A stretch of DNA of 40,000 nucleotides from Nitrosopumilus sp. GTDB lineage: Archaea; Thermoproteota; Nitrososphaeria; Nitrososphaerales; Nitrosopumilaceae. Made by a program: the position numbers and the translations under genes. The notes under the pieces are model-generated. The model saw only the letters and a program-made list of their open reading frames with translations, had not been told where the DNA came from and did not search any database. This document shows, piece by piece, positions 1 to 9,777 of the stretch (position 1 is its first letter; the number at the start of each line of letters is the position of its first letter). The DNA lies in assembly GCF_025699125.1 (NCBI RefSeq), contig NZ_JAILWC010000004.1:160735-200734 (forward strand), read 5' to 3'.

Positions 1-890
1 AAAATTGAAAATTAATTCCATAATGATTATGTAAAAAAGGATTATTTGTCATTTTAAGATATTTTTTACTTAAATTAATAATTGAAAAACTAAGAATACA
101 GACATGCGCAAGTTGTCTTCTAGCGGGGTTTAGTCAACTGGTTCATAGTTAATAAATAGAATTTGAATTAGTTAATCATGTTAAAGAACCTATTTGCAAG
201 ACTGAAATTGAAACAAGTCAAAACCGCACAGGACATTAATGCATCCAAAGAGGTTGAAAAAAAATCAGAGAACATAGAAAAATAATGAAATGCAATTGCA
301 GAGAGCGTAATTTCAAATGAGACGGATTTTCAGACACTGTCTACAAAGTCTTGCAGCATGAAACGATTCACAAAAAAATATTGATGAATAAGGCTTAAGT
401 TGTCATACATAGCAATAAATCAAGAAAAGTAAATCCTGCATCAATAAAATGCCTGGATTAAAAAATACTTAGAATCTTGCTGTTTTATAATAAATAAAAA
501 TTCAGAAAATGGAGTTAAAATAAAAAATACTTGATTGTTTTTTCATTATTTTTTCTTTTTATCCAAGATACTCACTCCACAACTAATTAGATTGGTTTGA
601 TAAAACCTGTATTTTTTTTGAATTGGCTTGGATTATTCATAACTAGTTGATAAAAAAAGTACAGGAAATCAATTGATTTGCAAAAAGTACCTTCATTGCT
701 AGTTTCCGCATTCGGTATCCACTACCATGAAAAGGGTTCTTTACGGCTTAAGCGAATAAAAGCGCCAGATAAAAGTAATTTTGATGATTGTAAAACGGGT
801 TCTGATGAAAACTAGGATCTAATCAATCTTTTTTATCATCCATTAATCTACAAGTTTTTATCTAAGAGTTACATTGCACGTCTGTCCTCG

Positions 891-2150
891 ATGGCACTTT
901 CATCCTCTGTAATCTATGCTTTAAAACTGCTAAAACCAGATTCAATTAATTCAGTATTTTTATCCTTTTTTGAATACTTCAAATATGATTCTGATGAAAT
1001 TCGCACTCAGCAAATTATTTTAAAAGAAGATATTCTTGAACAATTTAAAAAATCAGATAGGCAGAAAGGCAAAACTCTTCCAAAATCACTCTCAGAAGAT
1101 TTTGATGGATTAGTAAAGATCTTATCAAAACTTCGATTACTTGAAGAAGATGGCGATGTTTTACAAAATATAAAATGGGATAAAATTATAGATGTTTGTA
1201 ACATTCTTAGAAAAATTGAATCTAGTGATGAGAGAAAAGTCAGATGGGGATTGTTATATTTACTTTCTCACGATAAAGACGAAATTAATATCAACGAACT
1301 AAAATTATTGTTAAAAAATTTCAAATTAACTAATATTGATAAAATTCTTCAAAAAATTATTAAAATTGAATCAAATTCGGGTTTGATGATTACGAATGAC
1401 AACAACAAAATCAAATTTGAAACTGAACATAAGATAACAGATCACTATATCGCTGATGCAATTGAAGAAAAATCCAGAAGATCTCCTGGTGAAATTGAGA
1501 AAGACATTCTGGAATTGTTAGATGAGGGTTCTTATTCAAATCAAGAAATATCACGAATTTTAGAACTTGATGAAGCTGTTGTTTCTAGGACAATGACTAA
1601 ATTAAGAAATCAAAATAAATTAGTATTATCAAATTTTGGCACCAATGGATTTAGATATTATACAACAAATTGTCAAAACTGTCCTTTTGGAAAAACGATA
1701 TCATCGTGTAGAAAAGATGCTATTTCTTATATTGTTTCAGCATTCAAAGAAGCATATGATGTTGAACTGACATCTCAGCATTTTGATGACGTTGAATCTA
1801 ATCAGGCATTATTAAGTATTAAACGAATTACTAAAATGTCTAAAAAATACTCAATGACAAAATTTGAATCCAATCTTTATGAAAATTATGAAAAACTGTT
1901 ACAAATTGTAATTAAAAATTCAACTAAAAAAACTATGAACGCTGGAAATAATGACGAAATTGCTGTTTTGCCTAACTTGTCTAAATTACCAAAAATATTC
2001 CAAATTGGATTTAAATCTGGAATACAGTATGAAGTGCAATTGATGAAAAAAATGCTCAATGATCCTAAAAAGAAACAACAGGATTTTGGCTCATTTTTAT
2101 CCAAGTTGATTCAAGATAGTAACAAAATGCTTCATCTATTTGGTCATTAA
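891..2150 (+). CDS. hypothetical protein with a central winged-helix (MarR/ArsR-like) segment
   Basis: This 419-aa ATG ORF is the only long ORF in the interval. The segment EIEKDILELLDEGSYSNQEISRILELDEAVVSRTMTKLRNQNKLV has a helix-turn-helix-wing pattern. The rest is unrecognised. Confidence 0.6.
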   Translation: MALSSSVIYALKLLKPDSINSVFLSFFEYFKYDSDEIRTQQIILKEDILEQFKKSDRQKGKTLPKSLSEDFDGLVKILSKLRLLEEDGDVLQNIKWDKIIDVCNILRKIESSDERKVRWGLLYLLSHDKDEININELKLLLKNFKLTNIDKILQKIIKIESNSGLMITNDNNKIKFETEHKITDHYIADAIEEKSRRSPGEIEKDILELLDEGSYSNQEISRILELDEAVVSRTMTKLRNQNKLVLSNFGTNGFRYYTTNCQNCPFGKTISSCRKDAISYIVSAFKEAYDVELTSQHFDDVESNQALLSIKRITKMSKKYSMTKFESNLYENYEKLLQIVIKNSTKKTMNAGNNDEIAVLPNLSKLPKIFQIGFKSGIQYEVQLMKKMLNDPKKKQQDFGSFLSKLIQDSNKMLHLFGH

Positions 2151-2438
2151 TTATTCTAGTTGACTTTGAGAGTCAGAATAATCAAAAAAATACATGCGGT
2201 TATTTCCAAGTTTGCAATTTATCCTATGTTTGGCTTTTGGAAAAATTTTCGATTGGATTAATGATTGGTTTTAGATGTAATGAGCGAGGAATTTTTATCT
2301 AATTTAGAGTGCATGTTTGGAGATCGTGTTTTAAAAGCATATCCTAACGATGAACATTCCGGAAGTCATCTAAAGAAAAAGATGTTAGAGAAATGAAAAC
2401 AGGGTATTATACATTCTAACTTTATTTTGAATTTGGGA

Positions 2439-3125
2439 TTAGAGTTGATTTAACTTTGATTCCATCTGAGAATAAGTTGTTGCTGGAGAGGATGGGAATT
2501 TTTCTCCAATCCTATTTACTGCAATTACTGCAGCTTCTTTTAAAATGGCATCTGTTTCTTCATTTGAAGTATTACTCAATTCAAAGTCTCCTCCAAATGA
2601 ATCACCAGTTATTTCTCCCAATAAGCCAGACATTGCTTCAAATTCTGCACCTGCTTGTGGCATGAATTTACTTAATGCTGGCCCCATTGAACGTAGAACT
2701 GCAATTGCAGGTCCAATTGAAACCATAGCATCACCAAGTTCATTCATAGTCGATAGTCTGATCTGAATTTGCTCAAGTGCTAGTTTGATATTTGTTAATA
2801 CATGTTCATTTTTTCTAATTTCAATTAATTCGTTTGCTAAAACTTTACTTGTGTACTTATCATGTCTCTGTTGAGATTCAACAATTCTCTTGAAAATCTT
2901 TTTGTCCTTTTCTTGTAATTTTTTAAACATATAATCCATTTTTGAAATTGTTTGATTTAGTTTTCCTACTGATTGTTGTATACGGGGTTTGAGTGGGGGT
3001 TCTTTTTTAACTGCGTTAAGAATATGTTGATTTAACCCAACAGTTGGAGATTTATTCCAATTATCTTGAAATGTTGGCATAAGTTGTCTTTCAGAAATCT
3101 TTCTCAAATGATCCACAGTATACAA
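2439..3125 (-). CDS. cdvB: ESCRT-III (Snf7/CdvB family) cell-division/membrane-remodelling protein
   Basis: 228 aa with a basic coiled-coil N-terminal half and an acidic C-terminal tail. LKPRIQQSVGKLNQ...LQEKDKKIFKRIV...LANELIEIRK...LALEQIQIRLSTM matches the archaeal CdvB helix pattern from memory. The track start is TTG at 3125, and an in-frame ATG at 3080 (MPTFQDNW) is an alternative start. Confidence 0.6.
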   Translation of the reverse strand: MYTVDHLRKISERQLMPTFQDNWNKSPTVGLNQHILNAVKKEPPLKPRIQQSVGKLNQTISKMDYMFKKLQEKDKKIFKRIVESQQRHDKYTSKVLANELIEIRKNEHVLTNIKLALEQIQIRLSTMNELGDAMVSIGPAIAVLRSMGPALSKFMPQAGAEFEAMSGLLGEITGDSFGGDFELSNTSNEETDAILKEAAVIAVNRIGEKFPSSPATTYSQMESKLNQL

Positions 3126-3276
3126 AATTATACTAACAGAATAAACATTTTCGTATGGATTTTTTTATTTATATTTAGAATTGATTTGCATTGCACATCT
3201 GATCAACTAGTTATTGTAACGTGAATTATATTCAAAAAAATTCTAGTTAATTAGTAAACTTGACATTTTACAGTTT

Positions 3277-3906
3277 ATGATAAATAAAAAAACCATCACA
3301 TCGCATCTTGCAATTATTGCATCTTTAATTCTTTTATCATCAGTGTTATTTGGAAATAATGTATCTTTTGGTGATACAGCACAAGAACCAACAAAGGCAC
3401 AGATTACGAAACAACAGGCACAATTAAAGGCAGAATCAGAATTTTCAAACTCTGTTGCGGTGGCAAAATCCCAATACGCAGATGCGAAAATTGCTGCAAA
3501 AGATAATCCTGAAAAATTAAGGCAAGCCAAGATTTCTTATAATAAAGCAATTCAAATTGCTAAAGAAACATTGTATCAAAAACTTACTTTAGCTAATGAA
3601 CAATACAAACAATCAATTACTAAAAACAGCCCAGTTAAATCAACACCCACATCACCAGAAACCAAATCAGGAACATCTCAAGCAAAACTAGTATATACCA
3701 AGACAATAAAAGATGCAAAAAATTTTCTAGATAAGAATTTGGCTGCGATAAAATCAAATTATAAAAAAGCATTAGATTCTGCTAAAAATGAATTGGATGA
3801 AAACAAAGCTGAAAATAATTACAAACTTGCAACAAAGAAAGCAATAGACGAATATAATATGGCCATATCAAAAGCAAAAATTGCTTTAGATAAAAATACC
3901 AAATAG
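3277..3906 (+). CDS. secreted Lys/Ala-rich repeat protein (hypothetical)
   Basis: 209 aa with an N-terminal signal/anchor (ITSHLAIIASLILLSSVLFG). A repeated helical motif Y-x-K/A-A-x3-AK-x2-L follows. Confidence 0.6.
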   Translation: MINKKTITSHLAIIASLILLSSVLFGNNVSFGDTAQEPTKAQITKQQAQLKAESEFSNSVAVAKSQYADAKIAAKDNPEKLRQAKISYNKAIQIAKETLYQKLTLANEQYKQSITKNSPVKSTPTSPETKSGTSQAKLVYTKTIKDAKNFLDKNLAAIKSNYKKALDSAKNELDENKAENNYKLATKKAIDEYNMAISKAKIALDKNTK

Positions 3907-4170
3907 CCTATTTTAATCTAAATTCAATAGCCAAGAGTGTATGGAGTTGGAACCAGTAGATGAAAATATTCTATTTTTTAACAAAGGCACGTTGCAGAAG
4001 ATTTGAATTGTATATGGATTATTGTGATACATGTATGAAAGTTGTTCCAATAACCCATTTGTCATTTTTTGCAAATACAACAAGTAAAACAAATCCAACT
4101 AAAACAAGAAAACCACAGAATACTTCATAATGTATCTAGCATATGATTGAAAATGCTGGAGAATTACAAA

Positions 4171-4983
4171 TTATATTTTATCTAATGCTAACATGATGCC
4201 ATAAATTAGTGCCTGAGGTCGTGGAGGACATCCTGGTATGAACACATCAACAGGAACGATGCTATCAATACCCCCAGTCGTTGCATAATTTTTTCCAAAT
4301 ATTCCACCACTACATGCACACGCGCCAACTGCAATTACCAACTTAGGTTCTGGAGTAGACTCATATGCAATTTTTAATGCTTTTTCCATATTTTTTGATG
4401 CAGGACCAGTAACTAATAGAAGATCAGCGTGTCTTGGAGAAGCTACAAAATGCATTCCAAATCGCTCTATGTCATAAATTGGGTTGGTTAATGCAGAAAT
4501 TTCAATTTCACAGCCATTACATGAACCTGCATCAATTTCTCTAATTGCCAAAGATCGTCCAAATGTTTTGTTAATTTTATTTTTTAATTCATTTCCTATT
4601 TCTTCATATGTTTTTCCAAACGGAACAGATTCAGAAAATACTTCAAGAAGATGATTTTTTCTTTTCTTTGCCACGTCAAAATTATTGGATATTTTAATTA
4701 ATTGTGGTGCCTCTTGCTGACAATTTCCACAGAAAATACATTTTCCCACATCTAAAGAAATTGATTCAGGGGGATTTTTGTACGAAATAGCATTTGTAGG
4801 ACAGATATTTTCTAAATTCTGTCCAATGTGTGAATTTAACACAAAATCTTTATCAGGATCTAAGGAAATTTTTCCTCTGAAATTTCCGGGAATCATGTCA
4901 TTAGATTGCAATATTTTGTCAAGTGTTACTTTGTCCCATGATAGGATGTCACTTTTCTTAATTTTTTGATTATCTTCTGTCAT
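4171..4983 (-). CDS. NuoB/HycG-like small subunit fused to a degenerate NuoI/HycF-like ferredoxin domain (EhrS-like)
   Basis: The C-terminal half carries DAGSCNGCEIE, AVGACACSGG and IPGCPPRP, the four Cys of the NuoB/hydrogenase-small-subunit 4Fe-4S site. The N-terminal half has CIFCGNCQQEAP and ENICPTNA. Its ATG overlaps the upstream stop (ATGA). Confidence 0.85.
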   Translation of the reverse strand: MTEDNQKIKKSDILSWDKVTLDKILQSNDMIPGNFRGKISLDPDKDFVLNSHIGQNLENICPTNAISYKNPPESISLDVGKCIFCGNCQQEAPQLIKISNNFDVAKKRKNHLLEVFSESVPFGKTYEEIGNELKNKINKTFGRSLAIREIDAGSCNGCEIEISALTNPIYDIERFGMHFVASPRHADLLLVTGPASKNMEKALKIAYESTPEPKLVIAVGACACSGGIFGKNYATTGGIDSIVPVDVFIPGCPPRPQALIYGIMLALDKI

Positions 4984-6599
4984 AAGTCATTCCCTGAATA
5001 AGAAAAATCAAAACTCTTGTTAATTACTGGAAAATCAGCAACAATATTGTTTAAAACTGCATGTTCAATTACAGACCAGTTTGCAAAAGAAGCAGTTCTG
5101 ATTTTGTACCTGAAAATAGAATTATCTTCGCCCATCATAACCCAATGCAAGGTTTCGCCCCTATGAGATTCAGCATATCCCAAACCAGATGAAAAAGGAA
5201 TTAATTCGGATTCAAGTGGAATGTGGATTTCTCCTGTCTCTAAATTAGATATGGATTCTATCAGTTTCTTTGAGTATCTTAATTCATCTACTCTACTCAT
5301 AAATCTAGATAGTACATCACCTATTCGTTTTTGTAATTTTACTTGTTGTTCCATGTCTGCTCTAGGTGTTTGTTCAAAATTAATTGATGAATAATATCCA
5401 TAGGGATGATTTTTTCTAGTATCGGTATCTATGCCAGCACATATAGAAGAGAGGCCGACAATTCCCAAATCATTTACTGTTTGTTTTTCAATAATACCCG
5501 TATTTCTTAATCTATCAATTACAGACGAATTTGATTGGATATGTTCCAGAATCTTTTCAAAATTTTGAAATATGTCATTTAACATGGAATGGATATCAGC
5601 TAAGGATGTATTTGAAATATCTACTTTTACGCCGCCTATTTGATTGACTCCAAATAACAATCTACTTCCAGATAATTTTTCATTTAACTGCATCATGTAT
5701 TCTTTTAATATTTCCAATCTTGAAGCACCGTATGAAAATCCAACATCATTTAAAATGCCACTCAAGGTTCCAAAATGATTGTAAATTCGTTCTAGTTCTG
5801 CAAACAATAATCTTATCTGTTTAGATTTTTCTGGAATTTCTAATTGGGCAATTTTTTCTATGGCTTGACAAAATGCCATGGAATTTGCAATACTCTCATC
5901 ACCAGAAATTCGTTCTGATAAAAGTACAACATTATTAATTGACATGTTTTCTGCAATTTTTTCAATTCCTTTATGGGCATACCCAAGACGTGTTTCCATG
6001 TTCACTATATTTTCACCAAGAACACTGAATCGGAAATGACCTGGCTCTATTATTCCTGCATGTATTGGCCCTACAGGTATTTCACAAATTCCATCTCCTG
6101 TGATTGGTGTGAATTCAAATTTTCTAGGAGTGTAGTTTAACTCAGTATTTGCATGAAAATCTTTTCGCAGTGGGAAAATATTTTTCTGAAAATCATGTAA
6201 AAGTAAGGGTTTTAGAGTAGTATCTCCTTGTGTTTGGATTCCAAACATATCATTGATTTCCCTTTCATATTTTATCGAATATGGAAATACGTCAGATAAA
6301 CTAGGGAAATAGGCGTGTTTTTTATCAATAAATATGACTACAAAGAAAAAAACATCATCTGTATCTGAACCTAGCAGGTATCGTAAACTAAATGCATGGT
6401 TTGTTTTTCTCTCATCACAGTAAATCATTGTTAATAATCTAAGATTTATCTCTAGTTTCAAAATATTACAAAATTCTATTAATTTAGATGAATCCTCTAA
6501 TTCTATGTGTATTTCGTTGTTGTTTTGTACATGACTTTTGAATTTGAATTCCAGATGTTCTAGCTTAGACATATAATGTTCTATTGTTTTATTATTCAT
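4980..6599 (-). CDS. NuoC-NuoD fusion / HycE-like large subunit lacking NiFe-ligand cysteines (EhrL-like)
   Basis: 539 aa with an N-terminal NuoC-like part (IFPLRKDF) and a NuoD/HycE-like body. The position of the RxCGxCxxxH motif reads ERISGDESIANS, and the C-terminal DPCxxCxxR position reads FDFSYSGNDL. Confidence 0.85.
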   Translation of the reverse strand: MNNKTIEHYMSKLEHLEFKFKSHVQNNNEIHIELEDSSKLIEFCNILKLEINLRLLTMIYCDERKTNHAFSLRYLLGSDTDDVFFFVVIFIDKKHAYFPSLSDVFPYSIKYEREINDMFGIQTQGDTTLKPLLLHDFQKNIFPLRKDFHANTELNYTPRKFEFTPITGDGICEIPVGPIHAGIIEPGHFRFSVLGENIVNMETRLGYAHKGIEKIAENMSINNVVLLSERISGDESIANSMAFCQAIEKIAQLEIPEKSKQIRLLFAELERIYNHFGTLSGILNDVGFSYGASRLEILKEYMMQLNEKLSGSRLLFGVNQIGGVKVDISNTSLADIHSMLNDIFQNFEKILEHIQSNSSVIDRLRNTGIIEKQTVNDLGIVGLSSICAGIDTDTRKNHPYGYYSSINFEQTPRADMEQQVKLQKRIGDVLSRFMSRVDELRYSKKLIESISNLETGEIHIPLESELIPFSSGLGYAESHRGETLHWVMMGEDNSIFRYKIRTASFANWSVIEHAVLNNIVADFPVINKSFDFSYSGNDL

Positions 6600-6632
6600 A
6601 AATAATCTCCTCTAAAGCACAATACGTTACAA

Positions 6633-8150
6633 TCAATTGTGCAGATCACCTACCAGTAAAATTTGTGACGTATCTTCAATTAATGTTTGTAATGGTTCTG
6701 GAACATATACTCCCATGACAAATATGATTGATACTAAAATCAGCATTGGGATTATCGAAAGTATTCCAAGATCTCCTTTTTTTATGGTTTGTTTTGGATT
6801 TCCAAATATCATTTTAAGCAAATGCTTTCCAAAACCTGCAAATATTATTACAAGAAATAAAATCACCAACATATTTGGAAGAAAGTTTTCAGATTCAAAT
6901 CCAGAACTTAATACTAAAAACTCACTCATGAAAATATTAAATGGTGGCATTCCAACTATTGCCAATCCACCAATTAAAAATGCAAATCCCGTTATTGGCA
7001 TTATTCGTATAATTCCGCTTGTATCTGAGATTAATTTAGTTTCAAATTTTTGAGAAATTGATCCGCTTGCAAAAAATAACAGTGATTTTACAACTGCATG
7101 ATTAATTATGTGTAACAATGCTCCAAAAATACCAATAACACTTCCAAATCCAATTGCTACTGAAACTATTCCCATGTGCTCAACACTGGAAAAAGCTAAC
7201 ATGCGTTTCAAGTCTTTCTGGAAATAAATTGATGCAGCAGCTATTCCTATGGAAACTACTCCAAGAATCATCAAAAGTGTATTTGAGAAATGAGATCCTA
7301 TTGAATTACTGGTAATTATGTGAAATCGTAAAATTCCGTAAAATGCACAGTTTAACAGAACTCCTGACAAAAGAGCACTTATTGGAGATGGTGCTTCACT
7401 ATGGGCATCAGGCAGCCATGTATGCATGGGTGCAAGGCCGGCTTTTGTTCCAAACCCTACAATTATGAAAATAAAGGCTAGTTTTACAAGGTTAGGATCA
7501 AAGCCAGATGCGTTTTCTACCAAATTTGTCCAATCCATACCTAAAGCATCTTCTTCAAGAGGGACATCAGCGGTGTTAACATAGTAAAAGAAAATGGTTC
7601 CAAATAATGCCAATGACAACCCTACTGTTGCAATGAGTAGATATTTCCATGATGCTTCAATTGAACTTTGTTTGACATACAACATTATCAACAAAACAGA
7701 AACTAGCGTTGTAGCTTCAATTGCAATCCACATTATTCCCATGTTGTTAGATATTGGTACCAATAACATGGTAAACAAGAACATATTGAAACCTTGATAA
7801 TATCTCACAAGTTTTTTCTCATCAATGATTAATTTTTCATATTGCTTTCCCATGTAACTTATTGAATAAATAGATGAAAGAAATCCCACAAGTGAAATAG
7901 TGATGATAATTATTCCACTAAGTGAATCAACATAAAATATTCCATCAAACACAGATATTGTTTTATATTTTAGAATAGAATTTACCAAGATTAATCCTTC
8001 TATCAGAATTAGAAAAGATGAAAACACTGTAACAAGTTCAATAATTTTTTTCTTTTTTAGAAAAGTTACCAGTACGCCACTAATTATTGGAGTTATGATA
8101 AGAGCGAGAATCAATATGGATTCTAATGATGAAAATAATTCTAAAGACAT
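6633..8150 (-). CDS. NuoN/NuoM/HyfF-like antiporter-type membrane subunit
   Basis: This 505-aa polytopic protein has GLAPMHTWLPDAHSEAPSPISALLSG and AFSSVEHMG, motifs typical of Mrp/complex-I antiporter-like subunits. Confidence 0.85.
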   Translation of the reverse strand: MSLELFSSLESILILALIITPIISGVLVTFLKKKKIIELVTVFSSFLILIEGLILVNSILKYKTISVFDGIFYVDSLSGIIIITISLVGFLSSIYSISYMGKQYEKLIIDEKKLVRYYQGFNMFLFTMLLVPISNNMGIMWIAIEATTLVSVLLIMLYVKQSSIEASWKYLLIATVGLSLALFGTIFFYYVNTADVPLEEDALGMDWTNLVENASGFDPNLVKLAFIFIIVGFGTKAGLAPMHTWLPDAHSEAPSPISALLSGVLLNCAFYGILRFHIITSNSIGSHFSNTLLMILGVVSIGIAAASIYFQKDLKRMLAFSSVEHMGIVSVAIGFGSVIGIFGALLHIINHAVVKSLLFFASGSISQKFETKLISDTSGIIRIMPITGFAFLIGGLAIVGMPPFNIFMSEFLVLSSGFESENFLPNMLVILFLVIIFAGFGKHLLKMIFGNPKQTIKKGDLGILSIIPMLILVSIIFVMGVYVPEPLQTLIEDTSQILLVGDLHN

Positions 8151-8818
8151 TAGTCGTCCCTCAAACTTTCCAAGTTTTTAATATCAATACTATCAAACGT
8201 TCTACTCATTCTAAATAATAAAATACTTGAGATTATAACACCAAGTAAAATATCTGCCATCAATCCAATTTCAATTATCAATGAAAACCCATGTGTTAAT
8301 GACACGGCAAATAAGAACAACCCATTTTCAATAGTTAGCAATCCCACCATTTGATTTAGTGCTTTTCGTCGGCTTACAATTACGAATAATCCAATAAAGA
8401 ATAGCGCAAATGAAACTGGCAAGAAAACTTGTATTATTTCATTTGATTTTATATCTAAATATAAGAAAATAAAATACGACATTGCAACTAATAATGCTGA
8501 TATGATAACAGATAATTTCATACTGACATACGGATCAATTTCTAATTTTATTGGCGAATCTAGTTTCTTTGTTACATAAAATAGGATCTTTGGAATTATT
8601 ACTGCTTTGATTCCCAAGGTTAGTGCCGATACTATGTATAATTCCCATATGTTCGAGACAGACGCAATTAGTGCAACAATACCTGCAAGAACTATTGTTT
8701 GATATCTATATGCATTAACCCAATTTGAAAATCCTCTACTAACAATTAACCCAAAAGTTGCAACAAGTAAGATTACAGCTGATATGTCAAGTAAATTAAT
8801 TTCTGTTGGAAAGATCAA
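8150..8818 (-). CDS. HyfE-like (NuoK-related) small membrane subunit
   Basis: 222 aa, about 7 TM segments, TTG start, and a stop overlapping the next start by 1 nt. Its position between the NuoH-like and NuoN-like genes matches hyf/Ehr operons. Confidence 0.65.
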   Translation of the reverse strand: MIFPTEINLLDISAVILLVATFGLIVSRGFSNWVNAYRYQTIVLAGIVALIASVSNIWELYIVSALTLGIKAVIIPKILFYVTKKLDSPIKLEIDPYVSMKLSVIISALLVAMSYFIFLYLDIKSNEIIQVFLPVSFALFFIGLFVIVSRRKALNQMVGLLTIENGLFLFAVSLTHGFSLIIEIGLMADILLGVIISSILLFRMSRTFDSIDIKNLESLRDD

Positions 8819-8829
8819 ATCATCAACAC

Positions 8830-9777
8830 CTAGATAAAAAAGAAAATTACTCCTATCATAGAACTGGCAATTGAAATTGCAATTAGATCAGGAACTCTAA
8901 ATAATCTCCACTTTGCAATACGCGTTTCAATTAATGCAATCAAAATACCTAAAGAGATGATTTTTACGATGATTAAAACAATACCAAAACTAATTTCTGT
9001 CAATGAAAAATTATTTGAAATTCCCCACGGTATGAAAATATTTACAAACAGTGTTAGCAAAATTATCTGTTTAATTGATTGAGACCATTCTATGAGCGCT
9101 AAACTTTTTCCAGAATACTCTAGTACTGTAGCTTCATGAATCATTGTCAATTCTAAATGTGTTGATGGGTTATCAAATGGGAGTTTCCCTGTTTCAACCA
9201 TCAATATGATAAAAAATGCAATTAATGCAAATATCACTCCAGGGGATGCAAGAAAAGAAATGTCATTGGCAGATGCAACAATTGTGCTGATATTGGTCCC
9301 TCCATAAAAAATGGCAATTACAAAAATCGTTATTAACAATGCCGGCTCCACAAGTGTAGAAAACATAATTTCTCTACTGCTGCCTAATCCGCCAAAAGAA
9401 CTGGACACATCCAATCCTGCAAGTATTGTAAAAAATTTGCCTAATCCAAACAAGCCTATAACCAACAAAATATCACCCATGACACCAAAAGGAGAATAAA
9501 CGATTGATACCGGAATAAAAAATGCTGCAGATACTGTGGCTACAAAATTTACCCAAGGATTACATCTAAAAATCCATGAACTTTGATCAGAAACTACCTC
9601 CTCTTTTTTTACTAATTTTAAAATATCAAAATACGGTTGAATAATGGGAGCGCCTACTCTTTTTTGAGACTTTGCCTTTGTTTTTCTCATTATACCCACA
9701 ATTAAAGGGGACAAAACTACAAGTAACAAAACTTGAAATATTCCAAAAAGTGGTTCTGTAATGGAGAACTCATTCAA
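8830..9777 (-). CDS. NuoH/HycD/HyfC-like membrane subunit
   Basis: 315-aa polytopic protein. The motifs GLGSSREIMFSTLVEPALL and KLPFDNPSTHLELTMIHE resemble the NuoH family (PFD..E.E). It has a TTG start and an 8-nt overlap with the upstream gene. Confidence 0.8.
   Translation of the reverse strand: MNEFSITEPLFGIFQVLLLVVLSPLIVGIMRKTKAKSQKRVGAPIIQPYFDILKLVKKEEVVSDQSSWIFRCNPWVNFVATVSAAFFIPVSIVYSPFGVMGDILLVIGLFGLGKFFTILAGLDVSSSFGGLGSSREIMFSTLVEPALLITIFVIAIFYGGTNISTIVASANDISFLASPGVIFALIAFFIILMVETGKLPFDNPSTHLELTMIHEATVLEYSGKSLALIEWSQSIKQIILLTLFVNIFIPWGISNNFSLTEISFGIVLIIVKIISLGILIALIETRIAKWRLFRVPDLIAISIASSMIGVIFFFI

Noticed and set aside
123-143. tRNA gene
   Set aside because: Only about 20 nt resemble a tRNA 5' end. 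D-stem pairing fails and the downstream sequence is too AT-rich for anticodon and T arms.
3913-4098. 61-aa minus-strand ORF downstream of the Ehr-like operon
   Set aside because: It has a TTG start, no motif and an odd composition, and a hydrophobic-looking alternative frame is interrupted by a stop. Support is insufficient.
4980-6599. Annotation as a [NiFe] hydrogenase-3/4 large subunit (formate hydrogenlyase)
   Set aside because: Both N-terminal and both C-terminal NiFe-ligand cysteines are replaced (RISGDESIAN and DFSYSGNDL). No hyp maturation or formate dehydrogenase genes are nearby.
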